Notes under the pieces: generated by a model
What the model saw: the letters and a program-made list of their open reading frames with translations, nothing else
Databases searched by the model: none
What the model was told of the DNA's origin: nothing
Program-made: the position numbers and the translations under genes
In this document: positions 47,601 to 57,242 of the stretch, piece by piece
Layout: each line of letters begins with the position of its first letter
Numbering within the stretch: position 1 is the first letter of the stretch
Source of the DNA: Ignavibacteriales bacterium
GTDB lineage: Bacteria > Bacteroidota > Ignavibacteria > Ignavibacteriales > Ignavibacteriaceae
Assembly (NCBI GenBank): GCA_012517155.1
Contig: JAAYVN010000041.1
Span: 10,556 to 74,555, forward strand
Length of the DNA: 64,000 nt
Direction: 5' to 3'

Positions 47601-48725
47601 ATGAGCAAAATAGAAATCCGTAGAGTTGAATCAGGTAAGGACCTTGATGCTTTTATAAAATACCCATGGGAAATTTATAAAGATAACAATTATTGGGTGC
47701 CCCCGTTAATTTCGGAAAAGAAAAAAATACTCAATAAAAAGAAAAATCCCTTTTTTGAACATGCTGAAGCTGAGTATTTCCTGGCATATAAAGACGGAAA
47801 ACTTTCCGGAACTATTGCCGCTGTAAAGAACGACCTGCATAATGAGTATCATAAAGATAAAACGGGTTTCTTCGGATTTTTCGAGTGTATTAATGACCAA
47901 AAAGTTGCAAACAGTCTTTTCGATGCCGCGAAGAAGTGGTTAAAGGAGAAGGGCCTGGATGAGATGAGAGGACCTGCTAATCCTTCGAGCAACGATGAGT
48001 ATGGTATGCTAATAGAAGGATTTGACGATTCACCAAGAATACTAATGCCTTATAATCCCCCTTATTATCTCTCGTTATGCGAAAATTACGGTCTCGAAAA
48101 AGCCAAAGACCTTTATGCCTATAAGCTAGAGAACCACAAGTTGATGAGTTCCGAGAAACTACGGAGAGGCCAACAGTTGGTGAGAGACAGATACAAACTG
48201 AAAATCAGTTCACTTAACATAAAGGACTTTAAGAATGAACTGGATAAAGTAAAATTTGTCTATAATAAAGCATGGGCACCAAACTGGGGTTTTGTTCCGA
48301 TGACTGAGGCTGAAATAGACGCGATGGCAAAAGATCTTAAGCCGATTGTTGAACCTAATTTAGTCCTATTTGGAGAGATTGACAACAAGTTGGTGGGCTT
48401 CGCTTTAGTTATGCCAGATTATAATGAGATCTTCAAAACCATGAATGGAAAGCTTTTCCCATTCGGATTTTTAAAATTGATTTTCCACAAGAAAAAATTT
48501 ACCTGGGGCCGGATTATAACCCTTGGAATTATTCCGGAATTTCAAAAGAGAGGTCTTGATTCGGTATTTTACTGGGAAATATTAAACCGAGCTGATCAAT
48601 ATTGCGGAATCAGGATTGGCGAAGCAAGCTGGATTCTGGAAGATAACGAGATGATGAACAGAGGCGCAGAACTTATGAATGGTGAGTTATATAAAAAGTA
48701 CAGAATCTACTCGAAACCAATATAA
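47601..48725 (+). CDS. GNAT-fold-like acyltransferase family protein of unknown specificity
   Basis: 374-aa ORF starting 3 nt after the previous stop. IKYPWEIYKDNNYWVPPL..., GFFGFFEC, MRGPANPSSNDEYGMLIEGF, IIPEFQKRGLD (GNAT motif-A-like). Confidence 0.6.
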   Translation: MSKIEIRRVESGKDLDAFIKYPWEIYKDNNYWVPPLISEKKKILNKKKNPFFEHAEAEYFLAYKDGKLSGTIAAVKNDLHNEYHKDKTGFFGFFECINDQKVANSLFDAAKKWLKEKGLDEMRGPANPSSNDEYGMLIEGFDDSPRILMPYNPPYYLSLCENYGLEKAKDLYAYKLENHKLMSSEKLRRGQQLVRDRYKLKISSLNIKDFKNELDKVKFVYNKAWAPNWGFVPMTEAEIDAMAKDLKPIVEPNLVLFGEIDNKLVGFALVMPDYNEIFKTMNGKLFPFGFLKLIFHKKKFTWGRIITLGIIPEFQKRGLDSVFYWEILNRADQYCGIRIGEASWILEDNEMMNRGAELMNGELYKKYRIYSKPI

Positions 48726-48746
48726 AAGTCAGAATAAACAATTAAC

Positions 48747-48776
48747 AAGGTTGTCCATAAGGACAACCTTTTTTAT
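48747..48776 (+). terminator. Rho-independent terminator
   Basis: aaggttgtcc-ataa-ggacaacctt followed by a T-run. Confidence 0.75.
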
Positions 48777-48802
48777 TTTCAAATTAATATAAATTTAAAA
48801 TA

Positions 48803-49546
48803 ATGGAATACTGTAAGGATTATTTTATTCATTATTATCAGGTTGACCGGAACAGGGATCTGACAATAGTCAGCCTGATAAGGATATTAGAGGATATAGC
48901 TATCCTGCAAAGCGAGGAAGTGGGCTATGGACTTGACTATTATGAACGGGAAAAAGTAGGATGGATGCTTAGCAGATGGGAAATAAAAATAAATCAGCTG
49001 CCAAAATTCAAGGAGAAGATAAAATTAACCACCCGTCCCCAAGCAATGAACAGGTTTTACGCCAATAGGTATTATTGGTTATATAACGAGGAAGGGGATT
49101 TATTAGTGGAAGCTGCAAGTCTTTGGATCTTTTTCAATATCGAAAAAAGAAGGCCTCAGGCAGTTAGCCGGGAAATAATTGATGCTTATGCTGGGACGGA
49201 CAGAAATGAGTATCCCTTTACTCGACTTGATGAGGTGGAAGAAGTACCAAGTTATGATTATTCCAAAAAGTTCGAAGTAAGTACGGATGCGATTGATGTA
49301 AATAATCATGTGAATAATTCGCGCTACTTTAGCTGGGCTCTGAGCGTAGTAAAAAAGGAAATAATCACGAATTATAAGATTTCCGAGATTCGCGTAAATT
49401 ACCTCAAGGAAACAAATATCAATGACAAAGTTATGAGTTTTTACCACTCAAAAGCCGAGGGAGATGGAATAAGTACACTGCATAGTATGAAGAATGAAAT
49501 GCATGAGGTTTGCAGGATGAAAATTCACTGGACCAGAAAACAATAA
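48803..49546 (+). CDS. Acyl-ACP thioesterase (FatA/FatB-like double hotdog)
   Basis: YYQVDRNRDLTIVSLIRILEDIAILQSEEVG...VGWMLSRWEIKI, plus a second hotdog half with DVNNHVNN. Confidence 0.8.
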   Translation: MEYCKDYFIHYYQVDRNRDLTIVSLIRILEDIAILQSEEVGYGLDYYEREKVGWMLSRWEIKINQLPKFKEKIKLTTRPQAMNRFYANRYYWLYNEEGDLLVEAASLWIFFNIEKRRPQAVSREIIDAYAGTDRNEYPFTRLDEVEEVPSYDYSKKFEVSTDAIDVNNHVNNSRYFSWALSVVKKEIITNYKISEIRVNYLKETNINDKVMSFYHSKAEGDGISTLHSMKNEMHEVCRMKIHWTRKQ

Positions 49547-49550
49547 AAAA

Positions 49551-49577
49551 AGGGAGACGATTATGTCTCCCTTTTTT
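49551..49577. terminator. Bidirectional terminator between convergent genes
   Basis: A-run, agggagac-gattat-gtctccct, T-run. Confidence 0.8.
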
Positions 49578-49597
49578 ATTAGTTTGAGTCCTTTTAT

Positions 49598-51640
49598 TTA
49601 CTTCATTAGAACAAATTTCTTTGTAGCCGAGTATTTTTCCGATTGCAGGCTATAAATATAAACTCCTGAAGTCAGACCAGTTGCATCGAACGTAACTGAG
49701 TATCTTCCGGGTTGTTTATATTCTTTAACCAGAGTTTTCACTTCCTTGCCCAGGATATCATATACCACCAAAGTAATTTCCATTGCTTCCGGAATAGCAT
49801 AGCTGATCGTAGTGGAAGGATTGAATGGATTAGGATAATTCTGGTTAAGAGCAAAGACCATAGGTACGTCAGTAATGCCAGTTTCAACATTCAGAATGCC
49901 ACCAAGGGCGAAGATTGTAGATCTGAGGGCTTCCATCGTATATTTGGTATTGTGCATTCCGCGGCTCTTATCATAAGCAAATACTCTATAGTTGAAATAA
50001 GCCTTATTTATTGTAGGATTATTCAAATCTCTGACCGCCTGCCAGGAAACCGAGTCAACACCAACCGGAGGCAAATACCATTTTAATTTATGGTACAAGT
50101 TATCATACTCAGTTTGGATTGCTTCAAGAAGTCCGTTTCCATCCCAATCAACAGTAGCTACGAAATCGGTGAAATGTGTTTTATTTCCGTGACAAGGCTG
50201 GCATTTAGCGGTAAGGTCTTGTCCATTATTTGAGAGTGAGAATGTATGCCCACCAACTTTATTATAGTTAGGACTGGTTGAATCTGGTGAAGCCTGCATA
50301 TGACAGTCAACACAACTGTTGGTTAAGAAGAGGCTGTGTGCAGTGCTGTTGTATGGTGTTCCGAATTCAGCTGCATTTTGTCCGAGATAAATATCAGTTT
50401 GGTTTGAATAGTGAGGACCCCAGTTCGCATTAGTAACCTGAGTCGTTGCAAAGTTTTTACCGTCTCTGCGAAGTTTGTGACAGTTCATACAAACCTGCCC
50501 ATGACCGCCAACTGAATATTGATAACCATTAGCAAGAGTATCCGAGCCTGCAGGGGTAGTTCTAATTTCATTACTATGAGGATCGTGACAAGTTGGGCAA
50601 CCTATATGAGTCTGATTACCCTGAACCCATCCAGTGGTGTTAGTCGTTTTACCTTTAGTGAAGTTAATGAAGCCTTGTCCGTCATGGCAGCGGATGCAAT
50701 TCTGAAGGTTATTGTTCTGGCTTGCAGTTCCCTGTGCAAAAGAACCTGACCATACCGGTGCACTATGGAGTGAGTTTTCCCACTGAGCACCAATATTATA
50801 GTAGCCAACCTGATCATGACACTGTGCGCAAGTACCGGAGTTTCCGGAGATTCCAATTGCCTCAAATGAACCGGAGGTGTGTTCACCGCCGGGACCGTGG
50901 CAGCTTTCGCAACCTATATTTGCCAGCTGGGAGAGCTTTGGAAATCCAGTCTTGAGTGAATCCCATTTGCCGGGATTAAGCGGAAGAACGAAAGTCCAGC
51001 CAAGCTCGGAAGCTACATCATCAAAACCACCGTTTGCAGCAACGTTATCGTGATCAGAACCGGTAGTATGACATTTGAAACATGACTGGTTGTAATAGCC
51101 AGTTCCAGTAATGCTTCTTTTGAATTTCAGGGCATGACCGGTATTTTTCCATTCATTAAAAATGTCCACGAATTTCTGGGTGAATCCATGACAACTCATA
51201 CAGTTAGGATATTCAGCAGGAACGCCATCAAAATTTCCAACGCCGACATATTTTCCTGCGAAAACCGTGATTGTAGTATCGTCTGTCCCACCAGAAGTAG
51301 TAATGGAAAGATTAATCTCATACTTTCCTTTCACATCGCTCTTGAAATAAACTGAATTATCCGTACCGAAATTTGTAAAGCTGGCATTTGAGCCGGCGGG
51401 TTTTGTCGTAAAAGTAAAGACTGCAGCGGTGACAGGCTGAGTATTTGCGATATTACGGGGTGTTAAATACATGTAGGTCTCAAGCGGGAACACTTTAAGA
51501 CCGGAAGAGACCGAACCGGTAGTTAAACCGAGGTCTTTTAGTTTTTGCGGGCTAATCGCTTTTACTTCAATGCTAGCCCTCTGCGGCATGATAATCATCG
51601 ATGCCAGAATAAAAATCAAGAAAAAGTACTTACGTTTCAT
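49598..51640 (-). CDS. Nine-heme c-type cytochrome with a T9SS C-terminal sorting domain
   Basis: Signal peptide. Nine CxxCH motifs (CMSCH, CFKCH, CESCH, CAQCH, CIRCH, CPTCH, CMNCH, CVDCH, CQPCH). C-terminus NYPNPFNPSTTISYAIP...ITLVVYDILGKEV...SGVYIYSL...KKFVLMK. Confidence 0.9.
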   Translation of the reverse strand: MKRKYFFLIFILASMIIMPQRASIEVKAISPQKLKDLGLTTGSVSSGLKVFPLETYMYLTPRNIANTQPVTAAVFTFTTKPAGSNASFTNFGTDNSVYFKSDVKGKYEINLSITTSGGTDDTTITVFAGKYVGVGNFDGVPAEYPNCMSCHGFTQKFVDIFNEWKNTGHALKFKRSITGTGYYNQSCFKCHTTGSDHDNVAANGGFDDVASELGWTFVLPLNPGKWDSLKTGFPKLSQLANIGCESCHGPGGEHTSGSFEAIGISGNSGTCAQCHDQVGYYNIGAQWENSLHSAPVWSGSFAQGTASQNNNLQNCIRCHDGQGFINFTKGKTTNTTGWVQGNQTHIGCPTCHDPHSNEIRTTPAGSDTLANGYQYSVGGHGQVCMNCHKLRRDGKNFATTQVTNANWGPHYSNQTDIYLGQNAAEFGTPYNSTAHSLFLTNSCVDCHMQASPDSTSPNYNKVGGHTFSLSNNGQDLTAKCQPCHGNKTHFTDFVATVDWDGNGLLEAIQTEYDNLYHKLKWYLPPVGVDSVSWQAVRDLNNPTINKAYFNYRVFAYDKSRGMHNTKYTMEALRSTIFALGGILNVETGITDVPMVFALNQNYPNPFNPSTTISYAIPEAMEITLVVYDILGKEVKTLVKEYKQPGRYSVTFDATGLTSGVYIYSLQSEKYSATKKFVLMK

Positions 51641-52211
51641 AGAACTCCTTTAGAATAAATACCTGGCTATTGCACAATAATCATTCCATTTTTCTGATCG
51701 TTATTCTTAAATTATGTAAGGGAATTAATCAGATTTTTCTTAATTAGTAGAATAAATTATCACAAATGAAAATATATTGTTGATTTTCTCAACTAATTAT
51801 GGTAGAATTGTCATAATAAATGGCAGAATTTAGTGCAATATTAGTGTATTAGCAGAGTTAAAAAAAACTGATGTTGAATTTTTACACAATATACAGAGGA
51901 CTCTTTTTTACGGGAACGATGATATATTATCATTTCCCTTATTTGGGAAACAGATTTTGGTTTGGCTGCCTGATCGAAGGAGAATCGAAGGAGGACGCAA
52001 CCTGACACGTCTTTTTCTGCAATTAAGAGATGATTCATTAGGGTGTAAAATAATTCTACAATATTCAAGTTTATTCAACTGTAGATGGTTTCAGGACTTT
52101 TTGAGTAATTTGGGAAAATATTAGGTAATGATTCGGGAATGATGAAAATATTTACGGTAGAGAATACCGGGGATTCAGGATTTAGATTCCCCGGAATTCT
52201 CAAAAGTGCTA

Positions 52212-53180
52212 TTATTCTATTCCAATTAGTTTGCCGTTTTTCATTAGGAGTTTGCCATCCATGTAAACGGTGGGTTTTTTAACTACTCCATCCAAATGGA
52301 TTGGAACATTTACAGATCCTCCCATTGATTTGTTATTACCCAAAGCTATATGGATAGTTCCCATCACTTTCTCGTCCTCGAGTAGTATTCCACTAAGTCG
52401 GGCAGTATCGTTTGTGCCAACCCCGAATTCAGCGATATTACGTGCATCCCGCCCAACACTGTCGAGCATTTTAACCAGTTTCTGAGCAATAACTCCGCCG
52501 GTTATTTTTTCAGCATATCCGTCTTTCACTTCAATGCGGATATTCGTGTTTTTTATTAAACCCAATCCGGCCATTGAACCGTCCACAATGAATACTCCGT
52601 TTGCTGTTCCCTCAACCGGTGCAAGATATGTCTCTCCGGTAGGCAGGTTACCACTCTCCCCTTTTTTAAGGAATAGTCCGGAGGAAGGAATAACTTTTCT
52701 GCCGGCAATTCTGAAGGAAATATCCGTACCAAGCGCAGTAATTACTCTTATTTCCTTCCCTTTCTCCAGTATCTTTTTAAGTTTCATGGTTCTGGCAGCG
52801 ATCTTTTTATAGTCGGCACCAAGTCCACGGATCATAACGTCCTCGGTTATTCCCGGGAAAGTCGCTATCCTGACTCCGGATGCTGAGGCATTTCTGCGTG
52901 CATCAGTATGCGTAAGCGATTTGGTAGTGGGGCAAAGTACTATATCAAATTGCTTCATGAGTCCGGCAATGTGTTCCGGTGGCTCTTCTCCGTTGATATT
53001 GCCCGGTTTCATCTCTACATATAGAGCGTATAATCCAAGTGCTACTGCATTATTAAAGAGTGACAAACCGATTTTTCTTTTATTCACGTCGGAAACTACC
53101 AGAATTGATTCCCTGGATTTTGCTCCCATGCAATCGAGTATGGCAATACGTGAAGCTTTATCGAGTTTTGTTATTTTCAT
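52212..53180 (-). CDS. Aminopeptidase, M29 (AmpS/PepS)-like, short form
   Basis: GETYLAPVEGTANGVFIVDGS and GTIHIALGNN resemble M29 metal-site motifs. Confidence 0.6.
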   Translation of the reverse strand: MKITKLDKASRIAILDCMGAKSRESILVVSDVNKRKIGLSLFNNAVALGLYALYVEMKPGNINGEEPPEHIAGLMKQFDIVLCPTTKSLTHTDARRNASASGVRIATFPGITEDVMIRGLGADYKKIAARTMKLKKILEKGKEIRVITALGTDISFRIAGRKVIPSSGLFLKKGESGNLPTGETYLAPVEGTANGVFIVDGSMAGLGLIKNTNIRIEVKDGYAEKITGGVIAQKLVKMLDSVGRDARNIAEFGVGTNDTARLSGILLEDEKVMGTIHIALGNNKSMGGSVNVPIHLDGVVKKPTVYMDGKLLMKNGKLIGIE

Positions 53181-53192
53181 ATTTTTATCCTT

Positions 53193-53954
53193 TCATAATG
53201 GAAATCCAATATTAATCTGAATAATCCCCATTAGTCCCCCATTTTCTATAAAATTAGTGACAGGAGAAGTAGAGGAACCGGTCGTAAGGAATGTATCAGA
53301 GTCATTTAATTTCATTTTGTCCACAGCAAAGAAAGCATACCCGAGCGTGCCCTCGATGCTGATGTAGTTTTTTATCAAGTGAAAAATAAAACCGCTTCCA
53401 AATGAATAACCGATTGAATTACCATCGCTGGAGTATTCCTTTTTTATTGTCTGCTTACCCGGATAATTCTCAGTATGCACTAATTTGGCGGTGGTCAGTA
53501 AAACGGAGGCGTCAATCACTTTCCAGTCGAGAGTTGAGAAAATGGTAGTGCCCAAATCAAATCCTACCGAGAACTGGTTTATTGTGAGATCCAGAGTGTT
53601 GGCATTATCCCCCATTCCGGCGTGCCAAACAGCTTCCTGTTTTTCCAGCATAGTCTGGTAAGAACCTTTAAAGGTAATTACGAAACCGGAATAATTCTGA
53701 CGGAAGAAGTTAATTCCGAAGCGGTACCCAGCCGCCTGTCCGAATTCACTCATCGGATTAATCAAGGAATCCTTGTGAATCTTGTTCAAGTTCTGAATAT
53801 ATCCGTTGAAACCGGTTGGAACATACTTCTGCCATTGGTATGCAGCGGAGCCGCCAACCAAACCAAGACACCCAAAACCAATCTTCTGGTCCTGGGAGTA
53901 TGTCAGTCCGGAAATTACCAATATAAGCAGAATAACTTTTTTCATATTTATCAA
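53193..53954 (-). CDS. Outer-membrane beta-barrel protein (hypothetical)
   Basis: Signal peptide, alternating hydrophobic beta pattern, and an aromatic residue near the C-terminus (INIGFPL). Confidence 0.55.
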   Translation of the reverse strand: MINMKKVILLILVISGLTYSQDQKIGFGCLGLVGGSAAYQWQKYVPTGFNGYIQNLNKIHKDSLINPMSEFGQAAGYRFGINFFRQNYSGFVITFKGSYQTMLEKQEAVWHAGMGDNANTLDLTINQFSVGFDLGTTIFSTLDWKVIDASVLLTTAKLVHTENYPGKQTIKKEYSSDGNSIGYSFGSGFIFHLIKNYISIEGTLGYAFFAVDKMKLNDSDTFLTTGSSTSPVTNFIENGGLMGIIQINIGFPL

Positions 53955-55271
53955 TTATAAAACTTTGCTGCTTCTTTTAAGCATAATGGCAAAGAAAAGT
54001 CCAAGAAAACCGAGTATAGAGAAAATCCACATACCCGCATTGTATCCTTGCGGATTCGTTGCACTTGCGGAAGAAAAATCATTTGCAAGACCAATAATAA
54101 TATTAAACGAGAAAAGTCCAATATTCTGAATCATGGTCATCAGACCATAAGCGGTTCCTAATTTTTCGGCATTTACCACAAGGGCAACAGAGGGCCACAT
54201 AACCGCAGGGACAAGGGAAAAAGCCAAACCCATAATTGACATAGGAATCACTAAATAGAGGGGTATCACAGAGTGAATGTCGAAAAATTCAATATTTATT
54301 ATAATATTACCGCTGAGACCAAGCGGGGTTGCAAGGTCAATTTTATATGCCATAATCAGGTAGACAGGAATAATCAGCAGTGAGCCTATCATCATTAGGT
54401 AAGCGCGTTTTCCTATTTTATCCGCAAGCAGACCAAATAATGGTGTAAAGAACATAGCAGCAAGAGTTAAAAGACTTGAGAGATTACCTCCTACTTCACG
54501 GGTAGTGCCGTGTGCCTCCTGAAAATACTTAATTGCAAAAGTTTGAAAAGGAAACATTGCCGAATAAAATGTAACGCATAATGCGCTGATAAACCAGAAT
54601 GCAGCGTTAAATCTGAACACTTCGGAAATAACAACTTTATCCTGATTCCCCTCTTTGGGCAGTTCATAAATACGGGAGTACTTGGTATCCAGTAAAAAAT
54701 ATAGAACAATAAACAGTACCGCCATTAAAGAGGCAAAAACAGAAAGAAACATTGGAGTTTGCCAGTTCTCATAGAATGCTCTCCCCCAACTTGGTGAATT
54801 CAGTGCAAAGAAAGAACCAAGTCTTGCAACGGTAAGGTTAAGCCCAAAAGCAAAGGACAATTCCTTTCCCTTGAACCATCGGGCTACAATGGTGGTAATT
54901 GCCACAATCATTGATTCTGCACCAAGTCCGAAAATCAGTCTGCCGGAAGCCATCGTCCAGATATTTCCCCAAAGGGAAGAAAATAAAGCTCCTGCAAAAA
55001 CGAAAAATGTAAAGAGTAAAACCGATTTCCTGGTACCTATTTTATCTATTATTATTCCACCAATAAGTACCATGATAATATTCGGAAAACTGTATATTGC
55101 ATTAAGTAATCCAAGGTTCGAATCCGAAAAACCGAGCTGGGTTTTCAGTACATCAGCAAGCGGGGATATGCTGTCGTACACATAATAATTCCCGAACATT
55201 GCCAGACTTATCAGCAGAAGGATTATCCAGCGTGCAAGTGCGGTGGGCTGAGGTTTTGTTATTTCAGTCAT
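53955..55271 (-). CDS. MFS transporter
   Basis: About 12 predicted TM helices. The loop 2-3 motif IIDKIGTRKS is MFS-like. Confidence 0.8.
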   Translation of the reverse strand: MTEITKPQPTALARWIILLLISLAMFGNYYVYDSISPLADVLKTQLGFSDSNLGLLNAIYSFPNIIMVLIGGIIIDKIGTRKSVLLFTFFVFAGALFSSLWGNIWTMASGRLIFGLGAESMIVAITTIVARWFKGKELSFAFGLNLTVARLGSFFALNSPSWGRAFYENWQTPMFLSVFASLMAVLFIVLYFLLDTKYSRIYELPKEGNQDKVVISEVFRFNAAFWFISALCVTFYSAMFPFQTFAIKYFQEAHGTTREVGGNLSSLLTLAAMFFTPLFGLLADKIGKRAYLMMIGSLLIIPVYLIMAYKIDLATPLGLSGNIIINIEFFDIHSVIPLYLVIPMSIMGLAFSLVPAVMWPSVALVVNAEKLGTAYGLMTMIQNIGLFSFNIIIGLANDFSSASATNPQGYNAGMWIFSILGFLGLFFAIMLKRSSKVL

Positions 55272-55344
55272 CAGAGTAAGATTTCAAAATTAATTAAAAA
55301 GAAAACCGGGGAAAGTAAAGACTCCTTCCCCGGAGATTTAATTA

Positions 55345-56814
55345 TTAAACTGCCTTTTTTGCAGGTACATTTTCAAGTACGGCAATAAGCAGATCCCAGA
55401 ATTTGGCAACTGCGCTGATCTGTACTTTTTCGTCTGGTGAATGTGCGCCCATAATCGTGGGACCAAATGAAATCATATCCATTTCGGGATATCTTTCGTT
55501 TATTATTCCACATTCAAGTCCTGCGTGTATTGCCTTGATTTCCGGATCATTTCCGTACTTAGATTTATATACTTCTTTCATTACCTTTAGAATTGGTGAA
55601 TGAACATTTGGTTTCCAACCGGGATACGAGTCACCGTGAGAAACCTCAGCACCTGAAAGGGAGAAAAGAGAATACGCCATATTTGCAACGTCCTCTTTTT
55701 CTGACTCAACTGAACTTCGCTGACTAGTAACCACATTAACTGAGAGTGAATCGGTGGTAATTACGGCAAGGTTTGTTGATGTTTCAACAAGATCCTTTAT
55801 ATCCGGTGACATTGTGACAACACCGTTCGGAAGTGCATACAGAGCATTTAACAGATTCATTTGAGTAATTACATCCATAACCTTATCAGCAGTTTCAGCC
55901 TCTTCAGTTTTTACCAATAAGCCCGGTTCAACCGTTGCGTGTTCGGCTTTAATTGTGGTGTTAAAATTCTCAATATATGCCTTAACGCCTGCCGCTTTAT
56001 TCTTTTCCACTGTAATAACGGCATTTGCTTCTCTCGGAATTGCATTATGTTTACTGCCCCCCTCAATGTGAGCAAGGCGAACGCCAAATTCCTTAGAGAG
56101 TCCCCACAGAACCCTGTTGAGGATTTTAATAGCATTCCCTCTGTTAGCAGCAATATCAAGTCCCGAATGACCACCCCTTAGTCCGGTAACCACAATTTTC
56201 ATTGTCTGACTGCCGGAAGGAATATTTTCGGCTGAATATTTGAATTTTGCATAAGTGTTCTTGCCACCTGCACAGCCTATGTATAAAGCTCCATCTTCTT
56301 CAGAATCGAGATTGATAAGGATGTGGGCATCCAGGAAACCGGGTTTAAGAGCAACGGCACCGAACATTCCGGTCTCTTCATCTAGGGTGAAGAGGAATTC
56401 GAGGGGACCATGTTTTAGATTTGTTGATTCCGCAACAGCAAGAGCAGCCGCGACACCGATTCCGTTATCGGCACCAAGTGTGGTACCTGTTGCGCGAACC
56501 CAGTCGCCATCGACAAAAATTTTAAGAGGATCAGTTTCAAAATTGTGTTCGGTATCATTATTTTTTTCGGGTACCATGTCAAGATGCCCCTGCAGAACGA
56601 CTGGAGTAAGGTGTTCCAGTCCTTTTGTTGCAGGTTTTTTTATTACAACGTTTCCAAAGTCGTCAACATTGGTTTCCAGATTATGTTTTTTACCGAAATC
56701 CTTTACGTATTGTGCAATTTTCTCCTCATGTTTTGAGGGATGGGGGATTCCGCAGATAGCTTCAAAATGTTTCCAGATTAGTTCGGGTTTTAAGCCTTGC
56801 AAGACAGCGCTCAT
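55345..56814 (-). CDS. pepD: Aminoacyl-histidine dipeptidase (M20 family, PepD)
   Basis: PHPSKHEE, LQGHLDMV, GTTLGADNGIG, FTLDEETGM, HAGLECG. Confidence 0.9.
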   Translation of the reverse strand: MSAVLQGLKPELIWKHFEAICGIPHPSKHEEKIAQYVKDFGKKHNLETNVDDFGNVVIKKPATKGLEHLTPVVLQGHLDMVPEKNNDTEHNFETDPLKIFVDGDWVRATGTTLGADNGIGVAAALAVAESTNLKHGPLEFLFTLDEETGMFGAVALKPGFLDAHILINLDSEEDGALYIGCAGGKNTYAKFKYSAENIPSGSQTMKIVVTGLRGGHSGLDIAANRGNAIKILNRVLWGLSKEFGVRLAHIEGGSKHNAIPREANAVITVEKNKAAGVKAYIENFNTTIKAEHATVEPGLLVKTEEAETADKVMDVITQMNLLNALYALPNGVVTMSPDIKDLVETSTNLAVITTDSLSVNVVTSQRSSVESEKEDVANMAYSLFSLSGAEVSHGDSYPGWKPNVHSPILKVMKEVYKSKYGNDPEIKAIHAGLECGIINERYPEMDMISFGPTIMGAHSPDEKVQISAVAKFWDLLIAVLENVPAKKAV

Positions 56815-56824
56815 ATAAACTCCT

Positions 56825-57214
56825 TTAAGATTTAAGTAATTCTTTGAATTTGATCACATCGTGCTGATGTAGATCGGTTAAAAATTTTGTAACTCTCTCC
56901 TCAACCTGCTTCATATCATCACCAAATTTCATTCTGAGGGAAGAGCATATTTCACTAACATTGTTGTTTCCGTTAATCAGCAACCAGGTTTCTGATCCGA
57001 TCTCATCAAGAGAGATGCGAAGATTTTTTGATTTAAGACGAGGGACAAGGAACCTGACCAGAATTTTATTAGTAAACTTTGGTTCGAGTAACGTGACCCT
57101 GTTATTTGAGCTAACCTCAAATTCACGATTGTGAAAAGGGGTAAGCCCGAGTAAATTAATTTCCGATTTATTTTTTTTCTTAAACAAAGCAGATGATTTA
57201 TTATTTAAAGACAT
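56825..57214 (-). CDS. PqqD-family (RiPP-recognition-element-like) small protein
   Basis: ISLDEIGSETWLLINGNNNVSEICSSLRMKFGDDMKQVEERVTKFLTDLHQHDVI fits the PqqD winged-helix pattern. Confidence 0.6.
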   Translation of the reverse strand: MSLNNKSSALFKKKNKSEINLLGLTPFHNREFEVSSNNRVTLLEPKFTNKILVRFLVPRLKSKNLRISLDEIGSETWLLINGNNNVSEICSSLRMKFGDDMKQVEERVTKFLTDLHQHDVIKFKELLKS

Positions 57215-57242
57215 CTCCCCTCCCCGGCGGGGGGAAGGGAGA
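57215..57242 (-). promoter_or_regulatory. GC-rich imperfect hairpin abutting the start codon and covering the SD of the PqqD-like gene
   Basis: The minus strand reads TCTCCCTTCCCCCCGCCGGGGAGGGGAGATG. The 3' arm contains GGAGG directly before the ATG. Confidence 0.4.

Noticed and set aside
51841-52068. 75-aa ORF in the AT-rich gap upstream of the cytochrome gene
   Set aside because: It has no RBS or motif, and an AT-rich region easily yields such ORFs by chance. The region was kept only as a possible long 5' UTR/promoter.
52167-52194. Hairpin ccgggga...tccccgg as the terminator of the aminopeptidase gene
   Set aside because: The loop is about 14 nt and no T-run follows on the minus strand, so support is too weak to list it as a feature.
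56255-56818. 187-aa plus-strand ORF
   Set aside because: It is fully antisense to pepD, which has strong M20 motifs. Its Ser/Pro/Arg-rich composition is typical of an antisense frame.
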